Of a stretch of 64,000 nucleotides of DNA, positions 62,798 to 64,000 are shown one piece after another. A program made the position numbers and the translations under genes. The stretch lies in assembly GCA_050247255.1 (NCBI GenBank), contig JBFWUM010000002.1, positions 79,488 through 143,487 on the forward strand. Direction: 5' to 3'. The notes below the pieces were generated by a model. The model had not been told where the DNA came from. It did not search any database and was given only the letters and a program-made list of their open reading frames with translations. Every line of letters begins with the position of its first letter. Position 1 is the first letter of the stretch. The stretch comes from Vicinamibacterales bacterium. Its GTDB lineage: Bacteria; Acidobacteriota; Vicinamibacteria; Vicinamibacterales; UBA2999.

Positions 62798-63675
62798 CAT
62801 TCGCACGTCCCGTCGCCAACGCGCTGACCTTCGACGTCGAGGACTGGCATCAGCTCGTCGGCACGCGGCTCACCGGCACGACACAACCCTGCTCGCCGCA
62901 CTGCGTCGAGCAGACCCGCGAGATCCTGGCCACGCTCGCCGACGCCGGGGTGCACGCCACCTTCTTCGTGCTCGCCAACGTCGCCGAAACCTACCCCGCG
63001 CTCATCCGCGAGATCCAGGCCGCCGGGCACGAGGTGGCCAGCCATGGCTGGAGCCATCGCCGCGTCTACACGCAGGACCGCGCGGAGTTCGCGGCGGAGA
63101 CCGCGCGCAGCAAGGCGCTGCTCGAGGACATCCTCGGTGCGCCGGTTGCCGGGTATCGGGCCGCCGAGTTCTCGATTACCGCCGCGTCGCGCTGGGCGCT
63201 GGACGTCCTCGCCGAGCTCGGGTTCCGCTACGACTCGAGCATCTTTCCGATCCGCGGCGGCCGCTACGGCATCGAGGGCGCGCCGCTCGCGCCGCATCGG
63301 GTCCGCGTCGCCGCGGGCGACATCGTCGAAGTGCCGATGACCGCCGTCGAATGGCGCGGCCGCCGCTGGCCGGTCGGCGGCGGCGGCTACTTCCGCCTGA
63401 TGCCGTACGCGCTGACGCGGGCGGCTATCGCGTCGGTGAACGCCGCCGGGCGCGGCGCCGTGATCTACTTTCATCCCTACGAGTTCAGCCGGGCGCACCT
63501 GCGGCTCGCGCTGCCGGCCTGGCACCAGTACGTCACCGGGGCGCGCTACAGCGTGCTGCACAACTTCAACCGAGGAACCAACCGGCGGCGCTTCGCCCGG
63601 CTGCTGCGCGAGTTCCGCTTCCAGACCATCTCGGCCATCCTTGACCATGGACCTGCGAACCAAGAAGTACTTTGA
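62794..63675 (+). CDS. Polysaccharide deacetylase (NodB/CE4) with DUF3473-type C-terminus, PEP-CTERM/exosortase-locus subfamily
   Basis: ATG 62794 (ATGA overlap). NALTFDVEDWHQ, ATFFVLANVAETYPALIREI, GHEVASHGWSH, YRAAEFS and GGGYFRLMPY are present. Confidence 0.85.
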   Translation: MTFARPVANALTFDVEDWHQLVGTRLTGTTQPCSPHCVEQTREILATLADAGVHATFFVLANVAETYPALIREIQAAGHEVASHGWSHRRVYTQDRAEFAAETARSKALLEDILGAPVAGYRAAEFSITAASRWALDVLAELGFRYDSSIFPIRGGRYGIEGAPLAPHRVRVAAGDIVEVPMTAVEWRGRRWPVGGGGYFRLMPYALTRAAIASVNAAGRGAVIYFHPYEFSRAHLRLALPAWHQYVTGARYSVLHNFNRGTNRRRFARLLREFRFQTISAILDHGPANQEVL

Positions 63676-64000
63676 AGACCACGCGGCGAAGTTCGACTCC
63701 CTCTATCACGAGGGACGCCCGCTCGAACGACGCTTCAACCGCTTCTTCCGCAAGGCGATCTACGAGCGGTTCGCCATCACCTTCGATCGCTCGGAGCCGA
63801 TTGTAGGGAAATCGGTGCTCGACGTCGGCTGCGGGTCGGGGCGCTACTCGCTCGAGTACGCCCGGCGAGGCGCGGCACGCGTGCTCGGCGTCGACTTCTC
63901 GGCGCCGATGCTCGGGATCGCCCGCCAGCTGGCGACGGAGCAGGGCGTGGCCGATCGGTGCGAGTTCCGTCAGGTCGATTTCACGGAGTTCTCGATCGAC
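63647..64000 (+). CDS. Class I SAM-dependent methyltransferase (N-terminal part; runs off the window)
   Basis: ATG 63647. MDLRTKKYFEDHAAKFDSLY...VLDVGCGSGRYSLEYARRGAARVLGVDFS. The frame is open to position 64000. Confidence 0.8.
   Translation, partial: MDLRTKKYFEDHAAKFDSLYHEGRPLERRFNRFFRKAIYERFAITFDRSEPIVGKSVLDVGCGSGRYSLEYARRGAARVLGVDFSAPMLGIARQLATEQGVADRCEFRQVDFTEFSID

Noticed and set aside
1-64000. Search for CRISPR arrays, transposases/IS elements, integrases, tRNA/rRNA genes and long nucleotide repeats.
   Set aside because: No repeat-spacer periodicity, no transposase- or integrase-like translations and no tRNA-like cloverleaf candidates were noticed. Intergenic space is far too small for any of them. 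The only repeats seen are gene-level paralogs.

Overview
High-GC bacterial chromosomal window that is almost entirely coding: I call 58 CDS and see no rRNA, tRNA, CRISPR array or mobile element. It is a very large surface-glycan (EPS / O-antigen-like) biosynthesis region. The left 18 kb (1-17884) holds mixed-orientation modules. These are CDP-hexose/6-deoxyhexose genes (rfbF, rfbC, an SDR, a SAF-domain oxidoreductase), a GT2, an AsnB-like amidotransferase, and two uncharacterised GT-B-like paralogs in inverted orientation around smpB, one fused to an FkbM methyltransferase domain. Also here are an MBOAT plus a DltD/AlgJ-like partner, a GT-C-like membrane protein, an FkbM-like protein and a PurN-like formyltransferase. 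From 18059 to the window end, 41 co-directional genes are packed with no gap above 26 nt and many 4-nt ATGA/GTGA start-stop overlaps. They sit behind a single sigma70-like promoter with a palindrome at the predicted transcription start, and the first gene is a wHTH+Rossmann (Rex-like architecture) regulator. This block encodes a full pseudaminic acid pathway (pseB, pseC, a pseG-pseH fusion, pseI, two SpsF-type cytidylyltransferases). It also encodes an acetamidino module (N-acetyl sugar amidotransferase + HisH/HisF paralogs) interrupted by a methyltransferase, a KpsS-like candidate Pse transferase, and two more AsnB paralogs. Further genes are an N-formyl amino-sugar branch, many SAM methyltransferases, a radical SAM/SPASM enzyme, a second MBOAT/SGNH pair, two flippases, Wzy/ligase-like membrane proteins, wecB, GT4s and a PEP-CTERM-locus-type polysaccharide deacetylase. 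Functions are inferred from motifs read by eye in the translated ORFs; no database search was possible. The many long antisense ORFs in the track are high-GC shadow ORFs and are rejected.
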